This document shows, one piece after another, positions 49,610 through 61,261 of a DNA stretch of 64,000 nt. Below the pieces are notes generated by a model that made no database searches, had not been told where the DNA came from, and worked only from the letters and a program-made list of their open reading frames with translations. Within the stretch, counting starts at the first letter, position 1. The number at the start of each line of letters is the position of its first letter. This DNA is from Candidatus Bathyarchaeota archaeon (lineage in GTDB: Archaea > Thermoproteota > Bathyarchaeia > 40CM-2-53-6). A program made the position numbers and the translations under genes. The stretch lies in contig CAVPLU010000008.1 in the NCBI GenBank assembly GCA_963706285.1, positions 49,210 to 113,209 on the forward strand, read 5' to 3'.

Positions 49610-51182
49610 CTATTCTGAGACCACGGTCTGCGACTGTTCTCTGATGAAGTTAAGCAGGTAGTTCGGACCGCCTATCCCTCTGCCTGTGGCTCCACTGGCC
49701 TTCCAGCCCACGAATGTTTGGACTCCAGGCCATGCGCCTGTAGTGGCTCCTCCTCGCCTGTTTGCATACACTACTCCAAACTGTATTCCGTCCATGAATT
49801 CCTCAATCTCCCGTGGGTCTTCAGTGAAGATCCCTGCGGTTAAGCCGTACTCTGTATCATTCGCTTTTCTCAGTGCTTCATCGAGATTAGCGATCTCGTC
49901 AACCACAACTAGAGGGATGAATAGTTCATCTTTGAAGAGTCGATGGCCACTTGGGAGATCTGTGATAACGGTGGGCTCCACGTAATAGCCCCTCGCAAGC
50001 TCTCCAAGATTGATGACATGACCACCACAAACAATCTTCCCTCCGCTCTGCTTTGCGTCATCGACAGATTCGATGAATCTATTCACCGCGGTTTGGTTGA
50101 TGAGGGGTCCAACGAATACGTACTTCCTTCGCGGATCACCCACAAGGAGTTCCTTCACTCTCGCATCGAGCAGGCTAAGAAATTGTGATTTCACGGCGTT
50201 TTGGACGTACACTCTTGATGTCGCGCTGCACTTTTGGCCGCCGTATCCGAAGGCTGCTCGGACGATTCCTTCTACTGCTTTTGGAAGATCTGCCTTAGAT
50301 GTGACTATGGTTGGATTCTTGCTGCCCATCTCGAGCACGACGGGTTTCGGATAGGGCTGACTGTCGAGAAACCCACGATACAGTCTCATCCCCACGTCAC
50401 GGGATCCAGTAAACGCAATTCCCGCAACATCAGGGTTCGACGTGAACTCTTCTTCGAACTCAGGTCCTGGACCAGTAACATAGTTCATTGCTCCCTTGGG
50501 AACACCCGCGTCTAGGTAGATCCTGTAGAGCATTAGCCCCGTAAGAGGCGCCTCGCTTGTAGGCTTGAGGACGACTGTGTTGCCCGTGATTAGCGCCCCG
50601 AGGACCATGCCGTTGGCGAGCATGAACGGGAAGTTGAATGGTGAGATTACCACCCATACGCCAAGCGGCTTAGAGACCATTCTGCCATCTTCGCCCGGAG
50701 CTGCCCGGACCTAGCTTCATTGTGTAACCGCTGTTCTCTTCCATGACCTTCGCGTAATATCGCATCGCGTCTATGGCCTCGGATGTTTCAGCCAACGCCT
50801 CTAGTCTAGTCTTACCAACTTCGTAGGTAATGGCGGCGGCGATCTCGAATCTTCGCCGCTCAATCAAATCCGCTGCTCGACGAACAATCCTTACCCGTTC
50901 CTGCCAACGCGTGCCGCTCCAAGATGGAAATGATCTCTTGGCAGCTTCGATTGCGAGTCTTGCGTGGTTTCTCCTGCCGTTCTGGAAATGTCCCACGACG
51001 ATCGAGGTGTCGATCGGGCTTCTGTGCACAAACTCTCCATCATCGGACCGGACCTCTTGGCCGTCAATGTACATGGGATAAAATTGATCAAGACCCTGCC
51101 GAAAGTGCTCAAGCGCGGCCTCATATTGTGAATCCATTTTCTCGTCGGCCGACATAGAAACGTATGTAACTTTAGAGGCCAC
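49610..51182 (-). CDS. Aldehyde dehydrogenase (P5C dehydrogenase-like); apparent frameshift near 50690
   Basis: ISPFNFP, KPTS, FTGSRDVG, EMGSKNP, GQKCSA, ELFIP, YGLTAG. N-terminal half is in the adjacent frame. Confidence 0.88.
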
Positions 51183-51553
51183 GGACGTAACCTCACCAAC
51201 AAGGTTGGAATAAGGTCGCTGAGATTTTAGGCTGCGCTCTTTGACAACATGAAGTCATAGCCAACCGATCATCCTTGATCGTGAAGAATTGATGCGGTCA
51301 AGTCTCGCATTTGGCAACAAACGAAGCCTACTGGAGTAATATGCGAAATGTCACTTCCAGCGATCTGTGCCCACGGCGTGTTTCTTGAAGACGGCTCATG
51401 ATTGTCAACCAAAAAGTGTACCAAAACTCTCGAAGAGAATGGCGGAGCTGGCTATCGAAGCATCACAGAAGCCCTGACTTCATGAAGCCATCAAATGTGA
51501 TCTACGCCTTTAGGAACGCAATAACGACGCCCGCAGGAGTCCTCTTGCGTGGT

Positions 51554-51934
51554 TCAGGATTTCAGATACTCTTGTAGGATCTTGAGTCCGTCGCTGTCGA
51601 TGGTGTGGTAGATCGTTTCTCCAGTCACTAGGTTCTTCATGATGCGAGCGGCGAATGTCTGTTTCCCGGAAGCATGTGCGTTCTTGATGATGACCCATGT
51701 GACTCCATCCCATACCATCTCGGCGAGGCTCCGAGGAAGTTTGGACACCAACGAGCCTCGTCTGGCAATCTTGTAGCCTAGACTCTCAGAGATTCTGCTG
51801 AGTCTATTGGCTTCAACCGGGTCTTTCAGCACTACCCAGAGTTCCTTTCCTGAAGGAAACTGAACTATATCGACATCCTTGACTCCCGGCACGAATCTGA
51901 GTTCTGAAGCAATTGGTTCGGGGTCGCTGATCAT
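51554..51934 (-). CDS. Hypothetical protein
   Basis: 126-aa ORF with typical composition; no motif recognised. Confidence 0.6.
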   Translation of the reverse strand: MISDPEPIASELRFVPGVKDVDIVQFPSGKELWVVLKDPVEANRLSRISESLGYKIARRGSLVSKLPRSLAEMVWDGVTWVIIKNAHASGKQTFAARIMKNLVTGETIYHTIDSDGLKILQEYLKS

Positions 51935-52264
51935 AAACGCGGCAAAGAATCCGCCAAAGAGAAAAGGTTTTCCAATTACTCAGAATCCCGAGTAGAATTC
52001 AGGCCTCAGGCGCTGCAACGAGGCGTATGTTCCATCATTGAGACAACGATGCCAGCAAGAGCCTTGGTAGCCGAACCGGTAGTCCTTCATACGAGCCGCG
52101 GTGTCTGATTCAGCTAGGGTTTCTACTTGATTTCGTGCTCTTCCTCGTGCCTTGCTTTTTCTTTTGTCGTTTTCGCGCCCTATAATCTGCTCTGCTCAAC
52201 TTTTTCAAAACACTCTCTCCCACACTACTGTTGAGAATATTGTCGGGCTTGCATTTCAGGATGC

Positions 52265-52526
52265 CTAGCGCCAAGGCGGTTTCGGTTTGGTCGAACTCAA
52301 AGTGGTCGCCCGCACCTCCCCGCGTGAGGACACAGCTAGCCACGAATTGTGCTCTCACCCCTGCTTCGGTTAGGTAAGTTCCTTTCACCTTCCAGGCACC
52401 CTTCTCATCCGGCCCCTCCGTCTCCTCTTCGACGGATAAGGTGGCAATCTTCCCATGAGAAGTCCTAGTGCCGAGGAAGTACTTTCTTACAACGCTTTTT
52501 GCATCTTCAGATGTCCCGATTCGCAT
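52265..52526 (-). CDS. Hypothetical protein, possible frameshift near 52335
   Basis: MRIGTSEDAKSVVRKYF...WKVKGTY. End uncertain. Confidence 0.4.
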
Positions 52527-52766
52527 CTTCCACCCTGCTTCAGTCAATCGACTAGAGTAGGAGCAGAGATTATAGCGCTTCGGCTGAGGTCTCAAATCAC
52601 GGAGCGCTCTGATCTTGGAATAGGCAGAATTATTAGCAGCACTGGGATGCTAAACAGGCAAGTTAGGTATACGGGCTGAAGCCAAGCGTCCTACCGTAAC
52701 CATCCGTGTCGGCGTCTAAGTTTTCTCCCGAAGAACTAGCTGAACGAACTGAACGAGGTGAAACGT

Positions 52767-52973
52767 ATGAGCTTTGAACGTTCCTTCAACAAGCCAGTTG
52801 AGGAAGGTAAGGAGTACGAACTTGATATCAAAGAGACTAGCCGTCGCGGTGACGGAGTAGCTCGGATTGAGGGTTTCGTAGTCTTTGTTCCCCAAACAAA
52901 ACCTGGCGACCATGTGAAGGTTAAGATCAACTCTGTTGGTCCAAGATTCGCAACTGGCGAAGTCGTCCAATAG
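52767..52973 (+). CDS. Single-TRAM domain RNA chaperone (archaeal cold-shock protein)
   Basis: KPVEEGKEYELDI...GDGVARIEGFVVFVP...GDHVKVKI...FATGEVV; GAGGTGA RBS. Confidence 0.93.
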   Translation: MSFERSFNKPVEEGKEYELDIKETSRRGDGVARIEGFVVFVPQTKPGDHVKVKINSVGPRFATGEVVQ

Positions 52974-53030
52974 AAACCTGGGAGTTCTCCTCCCAGTTTC
53001 CCTATTTCTAAATTCTCGATTTTTTGTATA
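52973..53030 (+). terminator. Hairpin plus T-rich tract after TRAM gene
   Basis: CTGGGAG-N5-CTCCCAG followed by T-rich sequence. Confidence 0.55.
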
Positions 53031-53079
53031 GAAACTTTACGATTGTGCGTACTGCAACGAGTCAGGCGCCGAAGCGAAC

Positions 53080-53451
53080 TTACGCTGGTACTTCGAAGTA
53101 GTGGCGCTGTCCTTTCGCATCTTCCTCGTAATCGTACTTCTTGCCTGACTTCCTATCGATGTAGACGCCTGAACCGATGTGGTCAATCTGCATGCCGTTT
53201 ATCCTAGCTGTTTGATAGTCGAGTACGTTGACATAATTTCGGCCCTCTATTGGTTTCCAATCTTGTGTCGGTAGGGGTTCGCTTGTCTCCAAGAGCTGGA
53301 GAAACGTTCGTGGCGAACTTACCTCCTTATGACCATTAGTACAAGCGAAGTTTCTTGAGTCCATGAAGTCATTGAACTTCGCGTATGTACCTGTGAATTG
53401 AAAGTTAGTGCCACATTTTCGGCAGCTACACAGAAAAACTCGATCGGACAT
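53080..53451 (-). CDS. Hypothetical protein with Cys/His zinc-binding motifs
   Basis: CSCRKC...CTNGH. Confidence 0.6.
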   Translation of the reverse strand: MSDRVFLCSCRKCGTNFQFTGTYAKFNDFMDSRNFACTNGHKEVSSPRTFLQLLETSEPLPTQDWKPIEGRNYVNVLDYQTARINGMQIDHIGSGVYIDRKSGKKYDYEEDAKGQRHYFEVPA

Positions 53452-54091
53452 ATGTTACTACCGCATGCCCAGCTTATAGGTGTCCCTATGATTCACAGAC
53501 AATCTGTCTAATTCTACCGGCAATCAGGAAGAAGAAAGCCGGAAACGGATTGCGTCACCGACTAACTTGTTTCCGTCGCCGGTCAATTTCCGCAGCAAGT
53601 AGCTCCGGAGTGCGTCGACATGCCCAAAAAACGCTCTTCATACTATCTCACCGCCACAGGATACCACATTCTTTCCTCGAATAGACTAGAAGGTCGACCG
53701 TCGCTTATTAGCCCGTCCCTTCCGGTTTTTCAGCGTTTCACGATCGCGTGATCGTATGCATCAATCCATTGTGTCTCACAGGATGGTGCGCTGAGCCCGC
53801 CAAATCAATGTGCAAACATTCTGAAGAACATCCACAAATCTGCTACAAAAAAGGAGGTCAAACACGGGTTTGTGGGACTTGTGTTTCGAGAAGAGTATCA
53901 GAACCCATACACCGGCTTCGATTCCGAGGAAAAGAATCCGATCAAGTAGGGCGCTAAAGAAAATCGCGGGCAACGCAAACCCAATCGCGACGAAAGTCGC
54001 TATGATGGGTAGAGCTGCACTCAACTCGAATTGGTGAGGACCGTAGAGATACCGAGGTATCTGTCACTGTCAACATTGGCAATTACGTCTC

Positions 54092-55336
54092 TCAGGAGCG
54101 AGGCGCCGGAGGCGGAGAGGGCCTGCTGATTGATTGTTGCTCATTCTCTTCATGTGAGGTCAGTTTGGCGGTCTTCAAGTAGGCTCGCACAATCTCGGCT
54201 TGAACAACTAGCGAAAGGAGGGCCACACCAAAGGTCATAGCAACCAATGTGTTCTTGAAGCGTGTTTCAGGCAATGAAAGCGCCAAAGCAATCGAAACTG
54301 CACCTCGTAATCCCGCGAATGCAATAACCCTCGTCCAAGAATATGGGATCTTCTCCCGCAGCACCTTCGCGAATCCGATTATTGGGTAGACGCTGATGAT
54401 TCGCGCAACGAGTATTGCCAAAAAAGCGGCCGATATGAACGGTGCATAAGTAACAAGCAGCATAAAGTCTGTCTTCAACCCAATGAGGAGGAACGCAAAG
54501 GAAGTGGCCATGAATGTTACAACTTCCCAGAACTTGGTCATGGTAGTTCGAGTTTCCTCAGACATTGCGGTTCGCATGGTACGATTTCCCATGTATAGGC
54601 CTGCTATCGGAACAGCGATCAATCCGGACATGCCTAAGCTTTCAGCGAGAGCATAGGAGCCGAACATAACGGCTATCGTGAATGTTGTCTCAGCCAGAGG
54701 CTCAGTTATCAGTTTGTGCAGCAATTCAGCTGCGACCGAAACCAGAACACCGACGGCAACTCCTCCTAACAGATTGTAGGCGAATAGGCTTAGACTTTGG
54801 GGGTTGAAAGTGAGGGAGACAGCTACACCGTACAGCATGACAGGTGTTGCATTGTTGAAGTATGCTTCCGATTCCAGAAGAGCAGTCAGTCTCTCTGGCG
54901 CTCGCACTCTTTTCAGGAGACTAACGACTGAAACAGGATCGGTGGGGGAAATAATGACGCCAAACATCAGTGCTACTGAGATAGGCATGCCTACGGCGAT
55001 ATTCAGAACGAGTCCCGTTATGATTGCGGAGATGACAACTCCGAATATGGCTAGGCTTATCACTGTCTTCTCAATGGTTCGGAAAGTCTGAAAGCGAGTG
55101 CGCATAGCCGCTTCGAAGATCATGGGAGGGACGACAAAACCAAGTATGATACTGCTATCGAATGGAACGGTCTCTAGGGCGCCCCCAATTCTCAGGAGCG
55201 ATAGCACAAAGCCAATCAGAATTATGACCGTCGGGTACGATACTTTGAGTCTCTCGCTTAGTATGGCGCCTAGGAAAGACAGGAATATGACTAGTGACAC
55301 GACAGTCACTGGAGACCAAGCGACTAGGTCAGCCAC
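54092..55336 (-). CDS. CPA1 family Na+/H+ antiporter
   Basis: PPMIFEA, ISPTDPVSV, ESEAYFNNA, AGLRGAVSIALALSLP. Confidence 0.9.
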   Translation of the reverse strand: MADLVAWSPVTVVSLVIFLSFLGAILSERLKVSYPTVIILIGFVLSLLRIGGALETVPFDSSIILGFVVPPMIFEAAMRTRFQTFRTIEKTVISLAIFGVVISAIITGLVLNIAVGMPISVALMFGVIISPTDPVSVVSLLKRVRAPERLTALLESEAYFNNATPVMLYGVAVSLTFNPQSLSLFAYNLLGGVAVGVLVSVAAELLHKLITEPLAETTFTIAVMFGSYALAESLGMSGLIAVPIAGLYMGNRTMRTAMSEETRTTMTKFWEVVTFMATSFAFLLIGLKTDFMLLVTYAPFISAAFLAILVARIISVYPIIGFAKVLREKIPYSWTRVIAFAGLRGAVSIALALSLPETRFKNTLVAMTFGVALLSLVVQAEIVRAYLKTAKLTSHEENEQQSISRPSPPPAPRS

Positions 55337-55596
55337 TCACTGAACACCCGATGCATTCACCGATGGATAATTAGGCGCCTTTGGTCTATATCCTATTCTG
55401 AACGAGCCTGATTCTTGCTCTCATAATCCTTGGAATCTGAACAAGTTTTGCTAGGAACATCTTAACGAAGGTTAGGTCTCTGAGATAGTCTCCTGAGATG
55501 GTAGGCTTCGGTCACAACCTCTCCGACCGATCGACAAGGCTTTAAGTTGGTGCCGGTTCCCGGCGATGCAAGAAACGCAAAAGGAATGGAAGACAA

Positions 55597-55903
55597 ATGG
55601 CACTCGCTGGTTGGGAATGGATAGTAATAGCAGGCGTCATCATCATCTTCTTCCTCTGGGGCCCCAAGAAGATACCTGATCTTGCTAGAGCGATCGGTCG
55701 GGCACGAGGAGAATTTCGAGAAAGCTTCCAAAGAAGAGCCGAGTCCAATTGAAGAGAAGCCGGCACGCACAAGCGCTGACAATGCTTTGATTGACACCGC
55801 TAAGAAGCTTGGTATCTCCACTGAAGGCAAGACCATAGATGAGATAGCGCGTGAGATCGCTCAGAGAGCCGGTGCAAGTAAGACCGCAGACTCCAGCACG
55901 TAG
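55597..55903 (+). CDS. tatA: Twin-arginine translocase TatA; apparent frameshift near 55715
   Basis: MALAGWEWIVIAGVIIIFFLWGPKKIPDLARAIGRARGEF, then EKASKE...AKKLGISTEGKT in the shifted frame. Confidence 0.88.
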
Positions 55904-56032
55904 GGGAGTCAGAATGCAGGCCGCTCCAAAACAAATCAGCGTATTCTCTGCTGTTCAAAATCGATCAAGCGGTAAAATACCTCACGTGAAAGGGTCAAGA
56001 TACTAGAAGTCTCTTTTTAGGATTCGAAAGCC

Positions 56033-56912
56033 ATGAGCGCAGATCGTAGGGCGCCGTTGAGCGAGCACCTTAACGAACTCGCCAAGAGACTAAAAGTTGT
56101 CTTCTACTCGCTTATTGCAACTACGATTGTGATTATGGCTTTGCCTGGAGATCTCAACTCCCTCAGCAATCCCTTCGCCTTCTACACTCCGCTCATTTCG
56201 ATCGTATTCAAGAGGGTAACGCATGATGTTATGCCACCGCAGTTTGTTCTGGTAGGCTATACTGTAGGGTCTCCGATTGAGCTGTACCTGCTTGGCTCTT
56301 TTGTGATAGCTGTTCTCATCAATATCCCGATCATCGCCTACGAAGTGTACAAGTACGTTGAATCCGGCACTGTACGAGAACGAAAAACAAGCTGTAGGCC
56401 CATTCGTCGTGAGTTTCACAATATTGTTTGCCGTCGGAGCGACTTTCGGTTACTTGCTTCTGGCGCCTTTTACGATGTATGCAATGATTCCCTTTTTCAC
56501 GGCAGTGGGTGCCCAGCCATATATCTCAGTTAATGATTTCTACGGCGTGGTCTTCGCGATTGTTCTCATGGCCGGCCTGACCTTCACTTTCCCCGTCTTC
56601 CTTGTGCTCTTGGTCCGACTCAAGATCATGAGCATAACGGTGGTGACAAAGAACAGGAAATACATCTACGCGGCGCTTCTCGTCGTCACCGCCGTAATAA
56701 CCCCTGATGGAGGCCCGATCGCTGATTTTGCATTATTCATTCCACTTCTCTTTCTGATGGAACTGGCAATATTGGTCGCAAAAAGATACGAAACGGAGGG
56801 CCTACCCACCACTATGAGGTGGTTCCAGCCTGAAGCAAAATGCCGCTTCTGCGGTTTGGAGATGGCCCGCAACGAGAGATTCTGTAGAAGATGTGGGAAA
56901 TCCCAAGGCTAG
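56033..56912 (+). CDS. tatC: Twin-arginine translocase TatC with C-terminal zinc ribbon; apparent frameshift near 56358
   Basis: PLSEHLNEL, YEVYKYV/NPALYENEK, FTFPV, AVITPDG, CRFC...CRRC. Confidence 0.88.
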
Positions 56913-57007
56913 AGATCCCACTCCAGAGTATGCTACAGAATGGACACGATCGCCTGGTCGAGAATGCATGATTCTGCGCGAGCGCTGGGACCGAGAATGT
57001 GGCGGCG

Positions 57008-57412
57008 TTAGGCCTGCGATCTTCCGCATCTAGGGCAGAAGACTTCACTGGAAATCGGAGCACCGCAAGCCTTGCACTTTCCCGACGCGCTTCCCATTGC
57101 GTCTTGGCCTTTGACGCGTTCTAGCCAGACAAACATTTCCTCTTGGGCCGGTCCTATGCGGCCTCCATAGTCATGCCCCACGCTTACGTTGGGTCTATAT
57201 GGTCCGCAGTTAGGGCAAACATAGGTCGTTTTGGAAAGCGCCTCATTTGGCGCAACTGTGATTGGTTGGGACTTATCCCCGTACCCCACGAGTGTTAGCT
57301 CGCCGCTCCAGTTGACCTCCTTACCGCAGAATGGACAGGTATAGATGTGGAATCTTCCACGTGGAACAAGAGATAGGCGAGTTGCGTTTGATCCCATCGA
57401 TCTCACACGCAC
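57008..57412 (-). CDS. Multi-zinc-ribbon protein
   Basis: CPFC, CPNC, CKAC, CPRC. Confidence 0.65.
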   Translation of the reverse strand: MRVRSMGSNATRLSLVPRGRFHIYTCPFCGKEVNWSGELTLVGYGDKSQPITVAPNEALSKTTYVCPNCGPYRPNVSVGHDYGGRIGPAQEEMFVWLERVKGQDAMGSASGKCKACGAPISSEVFCPRCGRSQA

Positions 57413-57810
57413 GTTAGATACAGCGATTAATGATAAACCTGATCCTGCCTGGTTCAGCTGCTATTTCAATGTCTCCGCTTCGTTTGCTCATCTCACATAC
57501 TTGGAGCCGACGTGAAGAGTTTAGACAGGATTCTCGGCGATGTTACTCGTAGGCTTCTCGCATTTCCAACTGAGGCGTCATAACCAAGCGGGTTTGTCAG
57601 AAAGCGTCGGGGGTGCGCTGAACTGAAGGTTCGAGCGTCCTTCCAGAATCAGGCAGTTGTCTGATGCGGTGGCAAAGGCCACCTTTGATTGTTTGCGAGA
57701 ACATCGGTCGCGTTGATATGGAGTCTCAGGCGGACTCTGGAACGAAAGTTCAACATAGGTCATCCTGAGGCAGACGGACTTCGGTATCGTTGTGCTCACA
57801 ATCTAGCAGG

Positions 57811-58344
57811 CTACACATCTCGGCCTGCTTTGTGGCGTATTCCGCGGTACCATTCGGCAAGCTCGTACTTTTCCACTCTGTAGTCGTCTCTGTAGGGTTT
57901 GATGTCCAGGACCGGGGTTCCATCAAAACAGTCGAGGCCGAGAACCATCAGCCTACTCCCTTTCCTACGGAGAAGTCTTGCGAGCGATAACCCAATCGGG
58001 TTGGGTCTGGTTGGGGAGTCGATAGCGAACACTCGCACGAGCGGCAACTCTTCGAGCTTGAAACCCTTTCTCAGCAGTCGCCGAGGTCTCACCTTCAACG
58101 GACCAATCTGCTCAGGTCTCAATCTGTTCAGGAAGCTCAGTACGAAGATGTGTGAGAAGCCCTCCAGCCCGTCAAGTCCTTCTTGGAACTCTGGAAAGAC
58201 CTCTATCGTTGCCTCAAGTTCTTGACTGCGCTCCCTTATCTCATCGTCTGAGGCTTGGGTCCTCACGACGCCCACGGGATGAAATGTAACCTCCGCGTTC
58301 GCCCCGAATGCGCCCACGTCTACTTTCCCCATCTCACTCCCCAT
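57811..58344 (-). CDS. tsaA: tRNA m6t6A37 methyltransferase TrmO/TsaA family
   Basis: GLEGFSHI, FAIDSPTRPNPIGLS, GLDCFDGTPVLDIKPY. Confidence 0.9.
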   Translation of the reverse strand: MGSEMGKVDVGAFGANAEVTFHPVGVVRTQASDDEIRERSQELEATIEVFPEFQEGLDGLEGFSHIFVLSFLNRLRPEQIGPLKVRPRRLLRKGFKLEELPLVRVFAIDSPTRPNPIGLSLARLLRRKGSRLMVLGLDCFDGTPVLDIKPYRDDYRVEKYELAEWYRGIRHKAGRDV

Positions 58345-58630
58345 CTATTGAGGCTCCTCTGGGTGGGGGAAGCTGCTCAACTCTTTCCTTGAGAATGCGT
58401 CCAGGACGCGTGCTATGTTTGATTCTTCATCGAGGGCGAGTATCGCAATCGAGCTATCTCTGAACACGTGATAGGGACCTTCACCGACTTCCTTGGCGAC
58501 AAGTATGTCTGCCTTGTGATGGACAAGAAGATGCGAAGCTTCGATTCCTATCTTCTTCTCAATTCCCGCTCCGGGATTCTCTATCACGAACCAGCTTTGC
58601 GGGTCATCTTTGTGCAGATCGACTTCTGAA
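58345..58630 (-). pseudogene. N-terminally truncated NifB/NifX (FeMo-co-binding) domain
   Basis: IENPG...GIEASHLL...ADILVAKEVGEGPYHVF; upstream half of the domain not found. Confidence 0.55.
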
Positions 58631-58731
58631 TGAGATATCGATCGACCTATAACCCGGTTTGGGCGACCTTGGCGGTCACATGTGCACCTGATACGGTCTC
58701 GATCACGCCGAAGGCGTTGGAGTTGGAGTAA

Positions 58732-59409
58732 GTGAGAAGACGACGATTGATCCTTGGCTTGGCCGCATTCCTTATCGCTGCAGCAGCAACTGCAGGCGCG
58801 GGTTTGTACTACCTTGCTCCCAATCTTCTTGGGATGGGCCCAAATTATGATGATTTCATCAAAGATATGCTCTCACCATCTGCACCGGTCAAAGGTCTCG
58901 ACAGTGCGCCAGTGACAATTGTCGAGTTCGGAGATTTCCAATGCAGCGCATGCGATTATTGGTTCAAAACAACCCACGAACAGTTCGTGAAGAATCTGAT
59001 TGATACTGGTAAGGTGAGGCTTGTGTGGAGAGATGTTGACGTTACCGGGTCTGACTCTGTGCTTGCGTCTCAAGCCGCTTACGCGGCGGGTGAACAAGGC
59101 AAATTCTGGGAATACTATGAACTATTGTACGCTAGGCAAGAAGCGGCTAACAACGGTTGGGCGAGCAGGCCCAATCTCGACAAGTTCGCCCAAGAGTTAG
59201 GTTTGAATATGGATCAGTTTCGTGCGTCGGTCGATAGCGGCAAGTATGAGGCGTTGATTCAATCGAACTTGCGTCTAGCCCAAGAACTGAAAGTTGACAC
59301 GTTACCTACATTCTTCGTCGTGGGTACAAACGGTAAAGTCGTGACGATTGAGGGAGCCCAGCCCTACTCATCGTTTGAGAAAGCCGTGAATTCAGTGATG
59401 CAGAGTTGA
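58732..59409 (+). CDS. DsbA family protein, N-terminally anchored
   Basis: APVTIVEFGDFQCSAC, AGEQGKFWEY, TLPTFFV, IEGAQPY. Confidence 0.92.
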   Translation: MRRRRLILGLAAFLIAAAATAGAGLYYLAPNLLGMGPNYDDFIKDMLSPSAPVKGLDSAPVTIVEFGDFQCSACDYWFKTTHEQFVKNLIDTGKVRLVWRDVDVTGSDSVLASQAAYAAGEQGKFWEYYELLYARQEAANNGWASRPNLDKFAQELGLNMDQFRASVDSGKYEALIQSNLRLAQELKVDTLPTFFVVGTNGKVVTIEGAQPYSSFEKAVNSVMQS

Positions 59410-59416
59410 GTGGATA

Positions 59417-59899
59417 ATGGGATCCAGGATATCATACGCTCTCTCAAAACCGTACTACCTGTTGACAACACTCATCATCTCCCTCGCATACAGCATCATG
59501 CTCCTGCATCTGGATCACTTTCTTTTCTTCGCACCCTACTTTGTGGTCTTTATCCCATCAAACGTTGAAGGGATGTTCCTTCTTGATATTATTCTCGCCG
59601 TCGTAACCTCAATCGTCCTCTCAGTATCGATCCAGCAAATCATTGTCAGGCGTTCGATGCCCAACAGATCCGTCAAGACGGGGATTCTGGGAATTGCCGC
59701 CGGACTGCTTGCAGGAGCATGCCCATGCAACTATCTCGTACCTCTTCTAGCGTTAGCGAGCGGCTTGGGAGGTGCACTAGGCACGTTTGGTGCGATACTG
59801 AACGAATACGAACTTCCTATGAAACTAGGCTCGCTCGCAATTTTGATGGCAGCAGCTATCAGTCTAGAGCGCACCTCAAACGAGCCGTGTCAGATCTGA
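59417..59899 (+). CDS. Membrane protein with CxC motif (DsbA partner)
   Basis: About 4 TM helices, AGACPCNY; 7 bp after the DsbA gene. Confidence 0.7.
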   Translation: MGSRISYALSKPYYLLTTLIISLAYSIMLLHLDHFLFFAPYFVVFIPSNVEGMFLLDIILAVVTSIVLSVSIQQIIVRRSMPNRSVKTGILGIAAGLLAGACPCNYLVPLLALASGLGGALGTFGAILNEYELPMKLGSLAILMAAAISLERTSNEPCQI

Positions 59900-60270
59900 C
59901 GGTCCGACTGCGGTCCTGCTGATTCCGGCTCACCTTGCGCTATCCACGGGTGAATGCCAGAATGGCAGTATTATCAGACCGTGAAGGTCTTAACAGCGAT
60001 CGCTCTCTCATTGCGCATTCTGTCGTAGTCTGAGATGACGACAGGCAGTATCATTGTTGCGGGAGAGAGATCGTTGCCTCAAGAGGAGTTCTCTCGCAGG
60101 TTTTGCGACTGGGGGAACAAAACTCTCGTTCGTCGCCTACATGATGGTTGGAGTGAGATCATCGTCATCAATACGATTTCTCTGAAGCTTTTCCGATTGC
60201 GACAGCAAATCTCACTCGAACTCGAAAACAGATATTATCATCTCATACTAACGGCTGTTTCGATGTTAGC

Positions 60271-61041
60271 TTGGAACGCGCGACTCGGATCATTGTGGCT
60301 GGGAAAGGCGGCAGCGGCAAGTCTACTACAGTTGCACTTCTAGCGAAGCTCGCTGCCAGACGCGGACTCCATGTGGTAGTAGTGGACGCGGACGAGTCTA
60401 ATCCGGGAATCAGGAGAATGCTCGGCATAAGTGAATCCGGTCCAGCTCTAATGGACATGATAGGAGGTAGGACTCACGCGTTTGGAACGTTGAAGGACAC
60501 TGCGTCTGAAGTGCTTCAAGCCGCAGTCAAGTCTGTCATGGAGAAGACCGATAACAGGGATCTCTCCTTTGTCGAGGTTGGAAAGATTCGAGAGGCCGGT
60601 TCAGGGTGTGCTTGTCCTCATGGAGCAATATCAAGAGAGATTCTCTCCTACCCATTCAAGGGTGGAACTCTCGTAGTCTTTGACACGGAGGCAGGTGTGG
60701 AACACTTCGGAAGAGGCTTGGACGCGCTTGCTGAGATGGTTTTGTTCGTCGTTGATCCGTCGTATGAAGCTCTGGAACTCTGCAAGGAAGCGAAGAGACT
60801 CGCCGATTCTGTGGGTATCGAGTTTCGTGCAGTCCTGAACAAGGTCGGAGACGAAGACACAGTCGCATTCGTGAGAGGAGAATTAGCGAGAAGAGACATC
60901 AAGGTGGAGGCTTCGATACCTTACGATAACGATCTGTTTCAATCAGCATTACATGGAAAAACGCTGGAAGCTAGGACAGCAGCCGACAGTATTGAGAGGT
61001 TGCTGGACGGAGTATTGGCATCGAACGTCGAGCGTGAATAA
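60271..61041 (+). CDS. CooC-like nickel-insertion ATPase
   Basis: GKGGSGKST, VDADESN, GCACP, DTEAGVEHFGRG. Confidence 0.88.
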   Translation: MERATRIIVAGKGGSGKSTTVALLAKLAARRGLHVVVVDADESNPGIRRMLGISESGPALMDMIGGRTHAFGTLKDTASEVLQAAVKSVMEKTDNRDLSFVEVGKIREAGSGCACPHGAISREILSYPFKGGTLVVFDTEAGVEHFGRGLDALAEMVLFVVDPSYEALELCKEAKRLADSVGIEFRAVLNKVGDEDTVAFVRGELARRDIKVEASIPYDNDLFQSALHGKTLEARTAADSIERLLDGVLASNVERE

Positions 61042-61261
61042 CGATTAGGCACGAGTCTTTGCGAGACAGTAGGCTTGGGTGTCCTTCAAGGACGATTCTT
61101 TGGAATATCATAACTCGATGCAATGCGAACCAACGCAGAATGAAAGCAGCAAAAGCCTTATTTTGGATGCATATTCGTTACGAGTTTATGTCCGAATCAC
61201 AGCTCAGACCAACAGCCGCAAGATCTTTGCTCGTCGAAAGGTGACGGTTTTGAGGACTGAA

